From an uncultured Gammaproteobacteria bacterium (GTDB lineage: Bacteria; Patescibacteriota; Microgenomatia; Levybacterales; UBA12049): DNA of 64,000 nt. The notes beneath the pieces are model-generated. The model was not told the origin of the DNA and did not search any database. It was given only the letters and a program-made list of their open reading frames with translations. Of the stretch, positions 39,165 to 48,838 are shown piece after piece (position 1 is the first letter of the stretch; every line of letters begins with the position of its first letter). The position numbers and the translations under genes were made by a program. The stretch lies in NCBI GenBank assembly GCA_964416445.1, contig CAYQEE010000003.1, positions 65,946-129,945 on the forward strand. The letters are read 5' to 3'.

Positions 39165-40265
39165 ATGGCTCAGAAAGTTATTCTTCACCTTAGATTTGAT
39201 TCATTTTTTACTACTATTGAACAGCAAGCAAATCCTTTGTTAAAAAATATGCCAGTCGGTATTACAAAATCGATAGGTTCAAACGAGTTAATTTCTGTGA
39301 ATAGTGAAGCAAGAAAGCTAGGAATTAATGAGCAATGTTCTGTTAGTGAAGCCCTCATTATTTGTCCAAACTTTATAGCAATTCCAGCAAATTTAAATAA
39401 ATATTTAACTATTTCTGAGAGAATTATTTCAATATGTGATGAACTAACTCATTTCGTTGAACTAGCATCGATAAATGAGATTTATATGGATATTTCTCAT
39501 ATGGTAAAAACCAATAATGATATGAAGATTATAAAAAAATGGAAAAAGAACCTTATTGATAAAATTGGAGATAGTGTTAATCTGAATATTGGTATTTCTT
39601 ATAATAAGCTATTAGCCAAAATAGCATCAGGTAGTATGAAAGAAAAAGGAACTAGTATTGGAGAAATAAATCACGTGAATATTTGGCAAATTTATCAACA
39701 AACTCCAGTAACCCAAATACCAAATTTAGATATACTTACTATTCAGAAACTACAAGATTTTAACATTAATACGCTCCTTGATCTCCGAGATATACCTTAT
39801 GAAAAGCTTATCAGTGAATTTGGTATTGTTGAAGGTACACATCTTAAGAATATAGGGCTTGGGATAGATTTTAGTCGGGTTATTCCTTATACGAAAGTTT
39901 TGCCAAAAACGTATGATTCAATATCATGGTTAATGTTTCCAAAGGAAGTTATTAAGGAATATCGAAGACTTGGAATTGAAATATTCCATATTGGTAAATA
40001 TGCAAGTAGAAAGTTATATTTTGATAAGACACGTAATATTTTTCAAAATTTTCGACGATTTGTAAATTTAGCCTCTCATGTTTATCACCTTAGTATTAAT
40101 AAATTCCAAAGTTTGCATATAAATGAAGGTAATAGAAACAAAAATTTACGAATACTTCACACTCTTAACCCAAAAAATAAAGATATATCAAGAATTTCTG
40201 ATAGATTAGCAGCACATCGTAAATTTAACCAGTTGACTCACATACAAATGAGACCTCATCAATAA
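39165..40265 (+). CDS. Y-family DNA polymerase (DinB-like) homolog with substituted catalytic residues
   Basis: HLRFDSFF, EARKLGI, SINEIYMD, GISYNKLLAKIAS. Confidence 0.75.
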   Translation: MAQKVILHLRFDSFFTTIEQQANPLLKNMPVGITKSIGSNELISVNSEARKLGINEQCSVSEALIICPNFIAIPANLNKYLTISERIISICDELTHFVELASINEIYMDISHMVKTNNDMKIIKKWKKNLIDKIGDSVNLNIGISYNKLLAKIASGSMKEKGTSIGEINHVNIWQIYQQTPVTQIPNLDILTIQKLQDFNINTLLDLRDIPYEKLISEFGIVEGTHLKNIGLGIDFSRVIPYTKVLPKTYDSISWLMFPKEVIKEYRRLGIEIFHIGKYASRKLYFDKTRNIFQNFRRFVNLASHVYHLSINKFQSLHINEGNRNKNLRILHTLNPKNKDISRISDRLAAHRKFNQLTHIQMRPHQ

Positions 40266-41049
40266 CAGCGACTTTCTTATCTGGTGTTAATTGCAAACTA
40301 TTTAATAATGTATTATTTTCACAAATGTCTCTACATAAAACGGTTCCTTTTAAAAGCAGTTGCTGTTTTTGTTGAGAATCGAGACTTGTTAGCGTTGTTA
40401 TTGGATATAAATGATATTTTTCAACAAGCTCACGAAGGCTTTCCCCATCAGGATAACTCCATGTAATCATTTTCATTCCGACACATCCAGCATACGCCAT
40501 TGCATCAATGGTTGCTTTTGTGTTTGTAACAATCCAAACTTCTTTAAATCCATGACGATCTTTAACATCATCAAATCGAGCTTTTGTATACATAGGCACG
40601 TGGACATTTGTACGAAGGCCAACAATATTATGAAATTTTACTTCAATCATAATTTTATTTGGTAAGACTGTATTCTTTTCAGCGACAACATCAATTTCGT
40701 GAGTTATACAACTTCCTTGAATAGTTTGCCTTGTTTTTGTATAGAATCCTTCCCTACTAAGTATTTTTGCAACATAATCTTCAAAAGGATACCCTGTAGG
40801 GCCTAATTCCATAATTGCTTGTTTAAGGCTATATCGAGATTTTGTAAATGGTTGTGGAGATGTTTTTAAAAATTCAGTGATATGATGGTAAATTTCTAAA
40901 GATGGAATATTATCGTAAAGTTTTTCTTCAACATGTTTGATTACATATGTTTGGAGGTCTTTAGGTATTCGTGCTCTGTGAATTGATTGGATAACCTTTT
41001 CTTCTGAATATGGCTCCCTTTCTCCATCCGCTTTAAGAACATGAATCAT
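40225..41049 (-). CDS. ATP-cone + Mrr-like PD-(D/E)XK nuclease-domain protein
   Basis: VLKADGEREPYSEEK ATP cone; GYPFE, HEIDV, IEVKFH. Confidence 0.8.
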   Translation of the reverse strand: MIHVLKADGEREPYSEEKVIQSIHRARIPKDLQTYVIKHVEEKLYDNIPSLEIYHHITEFLKTSPQPFTKSRYSLKQAIMELGPTGYPFEDYVAKILSREGFYTKTRQTIQGSCITHEIDVVAEKNTVLPNKIMIEVKFHNIVGLRTNVHVPMYTKARFDDVKDRHGFKEVWIVTNTKATIDAMAYAGCVGMKMITWSYPDGESLRELVEKYHLYPITTLTSLDSQQKQQLLLKGTVLCRDICENNTLLNSLQLTPDKKVAVIDEVSFVCESTG

Positions 41050-41087
41050 TGTTTTATAGTAATATGCACTTCAGGTATTTTCAAGTC

Positions 41088-44000
41088 TTATTTAGACAAT
41101 ATAAGTTTGCGAAAGAATTGTACATTTTTCTCAAGTGCATTATCCCTCATTTTTGTCAAAACATGATCATCATTTGGATAAATTTGTAAGCTTGCATTTT
41201 TATTCAGACTTAGCAAATCATCATAAAGTTCAATTGACCATTCGTAAGGAATTACATTGTCACTGGTTCCATGCATAATTTCAATAGGAGTCGTAATATC
41301 ATCGAGATAAAATAACGGAGAGACACTTTGCCAAATAAGTGGATTACTGTTCAGTGGTCCAATTGTATTATATGCTTTCTGATAAGGAATTTTAGAATTT
41401 GAATAGATATATTTAAACTCTTGATATGCCCGATAGGGATCAATAACTGGTGACCAAACTGCTGCTCCCCTAATTTTAGTCGAAAAATCAGGGTTTTGAT
41501 TATTTACTTCAAGAGATGTCAAAGTTACAGCTCCTCCTATTGAGTGGCCCCATAAAAAAATATTTTGTTGATCTGCTTGTTGAATGCTAGAAACTGAGGA
41601 TAGCAAATTAAGAATATCAATAGGATACGATAAGAGAAAAGAGATATTTTTATCAAATTCAGATTTTCCATTTCCACGGTAATCAGGCTTAATAACAAGG
41701 AAGCCGTGAGTTGCGAAATAATCACTTATATATTGGTATGATGTTTCTGTGTTGTATTGTTTAGGAACTATATATCCATGATTCACAATTACTACAGGAA
41801 ATCCAGCTTTAGGAACTGAAGTTGTCGGAACATTCATTAAGGCAAAAAGGGTTAGACCGTCGGATGGATAGGAAATAACATAACTAGTAAAGTTCTTCCT
41901 GTCTGCAACTTTTTGTATTATTTGTACTTTTCCCCCAACATAATCTCGTTCTTGAAGTGTTGGAATTGAAACTGGAAACAGTTTAACTTTATCTGTATTT
42001 GGTTCTGTTTTTAAATAAAGACTCCGTTTCTCAAAAACAATAAAGTCGCCTGTCTTAAAGATTTCAAGATATTTCTTGTCACGTTTCATATTATTTGCCA
42101 TATCAATTTGTGCTTGGAGCGATGGTGCAGCAAATTTATCATTAAGAAGAAATAACACAAGATCTGCTTGATCAATTCCAACAGGTATAGTAAAAATTTT
42201 TTGTCGGTGAGATAAATGAGAACCAAGATTATTTGTTGCTGCAATACTATAATTTTGAGGAATTCCTTTCAAAAAATTATCGATAATAGAACGATAGACA
42301 AGTGGTTTATCAAACATATCTAAATTAGGAAATCGCTCTCCTGGTAACGATCCCCATAAATATGCTGATATTCCTGTAGCTATAAGTAGATAACAAAAGA
42401 CAATAGCGTAGGGTATTTTAGGGAATATATGGTGAAATCGTTTTACCGCGTATATAGCACTAAGGAAAAGAAATGGTGTTATGATTGCAGTATATTGGTA
42501 ATAAATTTGATGGAAGGCGGGATTATTGCTTAAAAGGTTTATAGTTAAATCGGGTAAAGTAAAAATGAGAAGTAATGGTGCTAAAATGGGTAGAAGGCCA
42601 AAAGGAACAAGTAGCTCTTTAATATATTCAAGCCGATCTGGTGCAAAGGCAATCGCTAACGTTCTTTGAGGAGATAAGATAATTCCTTTAATAATACTAC
42701 TTGGTGTAGTTCCAAAATCAGAATAATATTGAAGAGCAAAATGTCCACCCCCATGTGCTGAAGGTATAGCATAAAAAAAGATAAATACAAATAATATTAA
42801 AGATAGAATAAAAGTTACTCCACCGAGTATCCTCTGTTTTTTTAGACTTTTATCATTTGTTTTTGGAAAATACATCATGTAAATACCGAATAATGCTGTA
42901 ACTACCCATACTTGTTCTTTTGTTATTGCTGCTAAGAAGAGAAAAAGCATGCTCAAATAAAAAGATCGTTTTTGCAAATAATAAAATGCTGCAATGAAAA
43001 AAGTTGTTGCAAGAGTGACCGCATGGAAATCATAAAGATTTGCATCCTGAATACTCGGGTTAATAAGATACATAAATGCTATAAGAAGCGCAAATGTTTT
43101 ACTTTTGAGAATATCTTTTGAGATTAGAAAAAGATAATATGCCCCTAACCCGATAATAAAAGTTTGGATAAAGAGTAAGGTACGTGGATCTTGCCATATA
43201 AGATAAAATGGTGCTAGGAGAATTAAAATAAAATCAGCATGAAAAGATAAACGAGAAATGATATTTGTACCGTCTGGATTTGTTAATTGAAAAATGTGTC
43301 CATGTATTGTATTCCATACTGTTTGGTCCATGTTTCCTAGATCAAATCTGCCGGTATAAAAATTGATATATCGATAAAAACTTGCAGTACTAAAATAGAT
43401 TATATAAATTACTATGACAAAATAAAGAATTGTCTGTTGCCAATGTGTTTTGACCCAATGCTCTACTTTCCATAGTAAATTATCTTGAGTTTTTATCCAT
43501 AAAAACGCAATTAAAAGAAATAACAATTCCGAAACGATAAAAATTACTCTTGCATATATTGCTGCAAATCCTGCTGATGATAATCCAATAAAAGGTGTTA
43601 ATCCAGCAGTAATGACTCCTTCTCGAATGCCTAATCCCATGGGAGTAATAATGGAAATATATCCAATCAAAAAAGAAAACGTGAAGATTCCAATAAAAGT
43701 TGATAAATTAGCTGGGTTCAAAAAGAATAGTGAATGTATACTAAAATACGTTCCCAAGCCAAAAAACAGCGAAAATGCAAATGTAAAGCATAATAAATAT
43801 AAATTTTCTAATATCGGAAACGAAGGTAAAAAATGCTTTAAGAACATTGGTATAATTTTATGCTTTAACAAAAACTGTGGAAACAAAAATAGGACAAGAA
43901 AAAAAACAATAACGATTGGTAGCATAAATTCTCCGATTTGTGAATATAAATTAGTAATAATTAATTTATGAAAAATGAATGGAAATGCTAACAATGAGAC

Positions 44001-44408
44001 AAACATGCTCCCTATTACCAAATATTCGCCTTCCAAAATGAGACTGTGAATTATAATGCTCTTTTTTATGTTTCTTTGTGAAAACGCTCGAGTTCTTCCT
44101 AAAAATGACCAAATGTTACCAGGTATATATCGTTTTATTTCAGAGATGCTCCATAAGAAGCTTGTTTCCTTAAAAGGAAGTGAGTAACCATTAAATTTTA
44201 ATAATAATTGCCAGAATAAACAGCGAAGAAAATAATAGATAAAAAAACAAATTATACTAAGGAAAAGTATGAAAAAATTTATTTTAGTAAAATTGGTAAT
44301 TAAGTGAGATATATTAGGAGTAATTATTCTTCCAATAAAAAAAAGTGCTAAGAGAGAAAGAGGCCAACCGAGAACAAATTTCAATACTGAAAATAATGTT
44401 TTGTTCAT
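41088..44408 (-). CDS. Three-domain fusion: LPG-synthase-TM/flippase-like + DUF2079 (GT-C-like) + S9-type alpha/beta hydrolase
   Basis: RYIPGNIW and TPMGLGIREG; FDLGNMDQ, YDFHAVTL, KEQ; GHSIG, HGTSD, DDH triad; single uninterrupted ORF. Confidence 0.8.
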   Translation of the reverse strand: MNKTLFSVLKFVLGWPLSLLALFFIGRIITPNISHLITNFTKINFFILFLSIICFFIYYFLRCLFWQLLLKFNGYSLPFKETSFLWSISEIKRYIPGNIWSFLGRTRAFSQRNIKKSIIIHSLILEGEYLVIGSMFVSLLAFPFIFHKLIITNLYSQIGEFMLPIVIVFFLVLFLFPQFLLKHKIIPMFLKHFLPSFPILENLYLLCFTFAFSLFFGLGTYFSIHSLFFLNPANLSTFIGIFTFSFLIGYISIITPMGLGIREGVITAGLTPFIGLSSAGFAAIYARVIFIVSELLFLLIAFLWIKTQDNLLWKVEHWVKTHWQQTILYFVIVIYIIYFSTASFYRYINFYTGRFDLGNMDQTVWNTIHGHIFQLTNPDGTNIISRLSFHADFILILLAPFYLIWQDPRTLLFIQTFIIGLGAYYLFLISKDILKSKTFALLIAFMYLINPSIQDANLYDFHAVTLATTFFIAAFYYLQKRSFYLSMLFLFLAAITKEQVWVVTALFGIYMMYFPKTNDKSLKKQRILGGVTFILSLILFVFIFFYAIPSAHGGGHFALQYYSDFGTTPSSIIKGIILSPQRTLAIAFAPDRLEYIKELLVPFGLLPILAPLLLIFTLPDLTINLLSNNPAFHQIYYQYTAIITPFLFLSAIYAVKRFHHIFPKIPYAIVFCYLLIATGISAYLWGSLPGERFPNLDMFDKPLVYRSIIDNFLKGIPQNYSIAATNNLGSHLSHRQKIFTIPVGIDQADLVLFLLNDKFAAPSLQAQIDMANNMKRDKKYLEIFKTGDFIVFEKRSLYLKTEPNTDKVKLFPVSIPTLQERDYVGGKVQIIQKVADRKNFTSYVISYPSDGLTLFALMNVPTTSVPKAGFPVVIVNHGYIVPKQYNTETSYQYISDYFATHGFLVIKPDYRGNGKSEFDKNISFLLSYPIDILNLLSSVSSIQQADQQNIFLWGHSIGGAVTLTSLEVNNQNPDFSTKIRGAAVWSPVIDPYRAYQEFKYIYSNSKIPYQKAYNTIGPLNSNPLIWQSVSPLFYLDDITTPIEIMHGTSDNVIPYEWSIELYDDLLSLNKNASLQIYPNDDHVLTKMRDNALEKNVQFFRKLILSK

Positions 44409-44410
44409 TG

Positions 44411-45106
44411 CTAATGCGTAGCGCTTGATGAAGCGCTCGAAGTTGGTGTAAAGGTTGGAGTTGGTTGATTAGGTCCATTATAAATAAAATGGCGAGTTAT
44501 AGTCTTTGTATCATTTGAAACGAGACTTTTTACTTGAAGAGTAAAAGTATTACTTCCTGATGGAAGATTATATAAACAGACACTATTATTAGAATAATCT
44601 GATAAAGGACTCCCATTTATTGAGTACGCCCAGATTACAGAACAATAATTTCCAGCGTTGTAATTTATCACAGTACAAACTGGATTATTTGTAACAGTCT
44701 GTCCTTCTGAAGGATATCCAATATCAATTTGACCGATTCCGGGTGTGCATTGATTTGTAGTTGGTTCAGGTGTATTGGTAATAAGTATAGTCGTAACTTG
44801 TGGAGAGCTTGTACTTTGGATATGTGAGGAACTTATTGTCGGAGTTGGTGAGGAACGTGAAACAGGGATAGTAGGAGTAGGTGTAGTCGTTGCTTTAGAA
44901 TTCTTTGTTAACAGACTTCCAAGATTTAATATAAGAACAGTCACCAAAACTGGAATAGTAAGTACCGCCGCAATAAAGTCGAAATGTGCTTTTTTTTCTG
45001 GTAATCGTTTTATTATTTCTTTCGTTTTTCCAATCCTTATTTTAGATAAATGTGATTTATCAATTGGAGTATTATCTTTTGGTTGTTCCGTTGTCTCTTT
45101 GTCCAT
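44411..45106 (-). CDS. Single-TM surface protein with Thr/Pro linkers and small Ig-like Cys domain
   Basis: SD GAGGTGA upstream; TM helix; TPTPT repeats; YPSEGQTV...GSNTFTLQV. Confidence 0.7.
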   Translation of the reverse strand: MDKETTEQPKDNTPIDKSHLSKIRIGKTKEIIKRLPEKKAHFDFIAAVLTIPVLVTVLILNLGSLLTKNSKATTTPTPTIPVSRSSPTPTISSSHIQSTSSPQVTTILITNTPEPTTNQCTPGIGQIDIGYPSEGQTVTNNPVCTVINYNAGNYCSVIWAYSINGSPLSDYSNNSVCLYNLPSGSNTFTLQVKSLVSNDTKTITRHFIYNGPNQPTPTFTPTSSASSSATH

Positions 45107-45214
45107 AATATCACCTCTTCATTGGGAGAATACTATTGTATCAAAAAACTGACTACAGTGAAAATTGTCCTTTTTGTTGGATTTCAGTACGAATGTTTGA
45201 TAGAATCTACCTAT

Positions 45215-45288
45215 GCACTTGTAGCTCAGTGGATTAGAGCATTTCGCTTCGGACGAAAGGGTCGGGGGTTCGAGTCCCTCCAAGTGCG
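45215..45288 (+). tRNA. tRNA-Arg (TCG)
   Basis: Acceptor GCACTTG/CAAGTGC; anticodon arm TTTCG-CTTCGGA-CGAAA; T loop GGTTCGAGTCC; TG-a-TAGAAT upstream; CCA not encoded. Confidence 0.95.
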
Positions 45289-45628
45289 CATCAAGTTTTT
45301 TCGTCTTTTTATAGCTCGAAAACACATTCTAATTGAACGGTTTGAAATTTTAAATCGTCATAGGTCGGAATTGAGGTAAGATCAGATGAAGGAAATTCAC
45401 ACCATATATAGTTTTATTCATGGCAACAAAATTCCTGTACTTAGGAATGCGAGGGAACAAATTGATCTTGTAGCAGAGGTGTTGTCTACAGTATCTGTTA
45501 AAAATCAGTTACCTCACGAAACATTGTTGAATAAGGACATTGGTCTGACATTCACAAAACCATAGAATCTTTAGTGAAAAATATAGCGAGTGTGATATGT
45601 GGTAAAAAAACTGTGATATAATTCCAGT

Positions 45629-46057
45629 GTGAATATTCAACCAACTACCCATAGATTTGTAGCTATTCTTAATAAGAAGATTGAAACAGGAAGGTTAATG
45701 AACGCACTTGGACACATGGCAGCAGGTTTTACCGCTTTATTTCCAGATAAAGAACAACTAAGATTTGACACTTATTTTGATAAAGATAAAGGAGAGCATA
45801 AAAGCATTTCCGATAATCCTTTTATTGTCCTCTCAGCAGATAACTCTAATCAAATACGCACACTTCGTAATACTTTAAAAGAAGCAAGTATTCCCTTTAA
45901 TGATTTTACAAATACGATGACAGTTGGAACATTTGCAGAACAAAAACAAAGAACAAGTGAAACACCAGAGGCAGAATTAGAGTATTATGGTATCTGTTTT
46001 TTTGGAGAAAATAATCAACTACGAGAACTGACAAAGAAATTTTCTTTATGGAGATAG
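45629..46057 (+). CDS. DUF2000 family protein (PTH2-like fold)
   Basis: MNALGHM, Y.DKDKGEH..IS..PFIVL, YYGICFFG, LTKKFSL; GTG start 6 nt after TATAAT. Confidence 0.75.
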   Translation: MNIQPTTHRFVAILNKKIETGRLMNALGHMAAGFTALFPDKEQLRFDTYFDKDKGEHKSISDNPFIVLSADNSNQIRTLRNTLKEASIPFNDFTNTMTVGTFAEQKQRTSETPEAELEYYGICFFGENNQLRELTKKFSLWR

Positions 46058-46119
46058 TAATTATGGGTATAAAGATAGCGACTACAATAACCAGAGTTAT
46101 TGAGAATAGATGAAAACTC

Positions 46120-46599
46120 TTACTTAAATTTATTTGGTAAATATCTTGGTACTGTTTTCATATATGTGATGTAGTCATTCCCAAAACGTTTTTTAAGCTC
46201 TTTTTCCTCATACAACGTATAAAAATGAGCCCATAATGCAAAAAGCAAACAATAGATTATAAGGAGAGAATCTCCGAAAAAAAGAAATATCCCTACAGTA
46301 AACAAAAAATGACTGATATAAATAGGATTTCTCGTATATTTATAAAATCCATCAGTTATTAACTTCCTTGTTGGCTGAATAGGGACAGGTGTGCCTTTTC
46401 CTTTTATAAAGAAGAACCTATAAGAATAGAATGAATTACATATCCCTATGATAATTAAAAATAATCCGGAGATTTGAAGAATGATGTTATGGAAAACAGG
46501 AAGATAAAAAAAATTAGTAAGAGTGATAAAAATAAAGGGTGTAACTATAAAGGTAACGAAATAATAACTCAATGCATATAATATTGTTGGTAATCTCAT
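46120..46599 (-). CDS. Isoprenylcysteine carboxyl methyltransferase/PEMT-family membrane protein
   Basis: GKGTPVP, LITDGFYKYTRNPIY, EEKELKKRFG..Y..Y...VPR. Confidence 0.88.
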   Translation of the reverse strand: MRLPTILYALSYYFVTFIVTPFIFITLTNFFYLPVFHNIILQISGLFLIIIGICNSFYSYRFFFIKGKGTPVPIQPTRKLITDGFYKYTRNPIYISHFLFTVGIFLFFGDSLLIIYCLLFALWAHFYTLYEEKELKKRFGNDYITYMKTVPRYLPNKFK

Positions 46600-46853
46600 A
46601 ATTTCTTCTGTAGAGATTTAATTTTTCTAAACCGTATAGTGTTTCCTATACCCATAAATAGCGTATATCCTACAGCGACGACCAAATCTAACATGTTAAT
46701 CACGTTTTTAAATGTTCCGCTAAGGTATTGGTTAGAAAAGAAGAGTATCAGTATACAAATTAAATTCAAGGTACATGCCTCTACCGCATAAATGATTTTA
46801 TCTAGTCGTAGTTGGGAAATAGTAAACTCTAATTCTTTGCGTTTTTCTGTCAT
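46596..46853 (-). CDS. Small two-TM hypothetical protein
   Basis: 85 aa, two hydrophobic segments, overlaps the next start. Confidence 0.6.
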   Translation of the reverse strand: MTEKRKELEFTISQLRLDKIIYAVEACTLNLICILILFFSNQYLSGTFKNVINMLDLVVAVGYTLFMGIGNTIRFRKIKSLQKKL

Positions 46854-46889
46854 TTTTTATTGATGAATATATTGTACAACCCCTTTTTG

Positions 46890-47672
46890 CTAATTTGCAA
46901 CGTTAAAATACTCGTAAACAAATAGGGAATATACAAAGAAAGGAGGGATTTTGTAAGGGATAGCTTTTTTAAATGACTGAATTTGACTTTTATAAGTATA
47001 GAGAGCTTTTATTTTTTGAATAACGTTAAAACTGATAAATATTTTGAACGTAGCTGGCGTTCGTCTTTTCATAAAATTTGGGTCTTTTGCCATTTGTGCG
47101 GGAAACGTTGCCATGTTATAGATGAGTTTTGGATATGTTGCGTACCAAAGGTGAATATTTTTGTATTTATTTTTTACTAAATCGGTGATAATTTCCGATA
47201 CAATAATGTGGTCTGGGTGTCCGTATTCTCCCGCTAAGTCATAGGTAATGATAAGGTCTGGATTTTCATTTTGTATAGCTTTATCAATATATGTAGTTAA
47301 TTCTTTTCTTTTACCTTTCAAATTATCGTCTCCAAAGTCTTCTTGAATAAGTTTTGTGACACCATAAATTTTTGCAACCTCACTTGCCTCTTTTGTTCTA
47401 ATTTCCTTCAAACTATTATCAAGGTGAGCATCCGGTGTCCCTCTTTCCCCTTTTGTCAGAATAATCCATGTTGTTTTATTATTATATTGTGATGCTATAC
47501 GCATTAACCCGGCAGTATGAGTAACTTCGTCATCTGCATGAGGAAAAATAACAAGAATTGGTTTAAACTCTCGAATGTTCTTTGTTGGAAGAAAAAAATC
47601 ATTAACAACAAAAACACATATTAACCAAATGGCAATAATGAGTAAAAGAATAATCAGCAATATAATTTCCAT
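46890..47672 (-). CDS. PIG-L/LmbE family N-acetylsugar deacetylase, membrane anchored
   Basis: FPHADDE, TKGERG, R..EA, YGHPDH, YKSQ. Confidence 0.9.
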   Translation of the reverse strand: MEIILLIILLLIIAIWLICVFVVNDFFLPTKNIREFKPILVIFPHADDEVTHTAGLMRIASQYNNKTTWIILTKGERGTPDAHLDNSLKEIRTKEASEVAKIYGVTKLIQEDFGDDNLKGKRKELTTYIDKAIQNENPDLIITYDLAGEYGHPDHIIVSEIITDLVKNKYKNIHLWYATYPKLIYNMATFPAQMAKDPNFMKRRTPATFKIFISFNVIQKIKALYTYKSQIQSFKKAIPYKIPPFFVYSLFVYEYFNVAN

Positions 47673-47745
47673 CGTTTTCCTAGTTTCGTTAAGTATACCA
47701 CTAATAAAGGAATTTACTCAGGAATTTGTTAAAATAAGAATTGAT

Positions 47746-48405
47746 ATGAAAACACTTCTTGTGTTACCCTCTTGGGGTCGTGATGCATATTGTTATAAAA
47801 AACTTATAGAAACAGCCCCGAAAGATTACAAAGTCTACGTTTTACCATACGAGGTTTTATGTCTCGACCGAAAAATAAAAAATATTGATAAAAATCTTGT
47901 TACATTTATTAAATCGAAAAACCTGAGATCAGTTGAGTTACTTGGACATTCGCTTGGGGGAACCATAGGATTGGTATTTGCTGCAAATCACCCAGAATAT
48001 GTATCAAAACTAATTCTTGTTGACGCAAAAGCGTTTAGAACACATTCTCATTTATTTACTATTTTTCCTACTCAAAGAGAAAATCTTCGAGCAGCAGAAA
48101 GCTTCAGCTTTACATATCACCTAGTATTCAAAACTGCATTTAGGATATTGTTTAATCCGGGACTTCATGGAAAGTTAGGCTTATGGGCAATAAAGTTTGA
48201 CGTAAATACAATCTCACATAAAATTACCGTGCCAACTATGATTCTATGGGGTGAAAAAGATAAATCAATTCCTCTGGAAATAGGAAAACGATTACATAAT
48301 CTTATATCTCATTCTACATTTACAATAATTCCAGCTGGTAGTCATGAATGGATTCTCCACGATCCAAAATACCTATGGCTAGCATTATCAGATAAGTTCT
48401 TGTAG
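47746..48405 (+). CDS. Alpha/beta hydrolase
   Basis: GHSLGG, WGEKD, GSHEW; start reset to ATG 47746 to avoid overlap with the divergent gene. Confidence 0.85.
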   Translation: MKTLLVLPSWGRDAYCYKKLIETAPKDYKVYVLPYEVLCLDRKIKNIDKNLVTFIKSKNLRSVELLGHSLGGTIGLVFAANHPEYVSKLILVDAKAFRTHSHLFTIFPTQRENLRAAESFSFTYHLVFKTAFRILFNPGLHGKLGLWAIKFDVNTISHKITVPTMILWGEKDKSIPLEIGKRLHNLISHSTFTIIPAGSHEWILHDPKYLWLALSDKFL

Positions 48406-48595
48406 GTTTTGAAATTTGATATGCAAAATTGTTGGAATGCATAGACTTGTAGATCAAAAAATTCTAAAATGAGATACATATTCCATTCTAAATCATATAT
48501 TATTATGAATAAGTGGGAACAGGTAATTGCAGATACTGAAAAGTTTCGTAGACTCTGGTAAAATAGTCGTAATACTGGTTCAAGAATTTATCAAT

Positions 48596-48605
48596 CAAGT
48601 GCGCA
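48596..48605 (+). repeat. Direct repeat of the tRNA-Arg 3' end (attR-like)
   Basis: CAAGTGCGCA identical to 45281-45290; a GGTTC T-loop-like segment lies just upstream. Confidence 0.5.
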
Positions 48606-48838
48606 CCTAGAAAAAGTTATTAGATTGGGATGCACTTTAGTTACCGCTTAATTTAAGTTTACCTCTAGCTTGATTCAAATTTTTAATAAGAATAGATAAA
48701 TTTATGGAAGAATGCTTTCTCTCAGTAAATTTTTCTTCTAGTTGTAAGTACAAATAAATCCGTGATTCTCTCTTGATTTTTCTATAGCCTTGTTATATTC
48801 TTATTTAACTTAATTAAGTTTATTATCTATTAACCTAA

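Noticed and set aside
45083-45379. ORFs 45083..45379 (+) and 45119..45325 (-)
   Set aside because: Both span tRNA-Arg and are translation shadows of the RNA gene
48488-48515. dif-like appearance (CATA-tatta-TTATG)
   Set aside because: Too many mismatches to the XerD arm (TTATGTTAAAT) and wrong spacer
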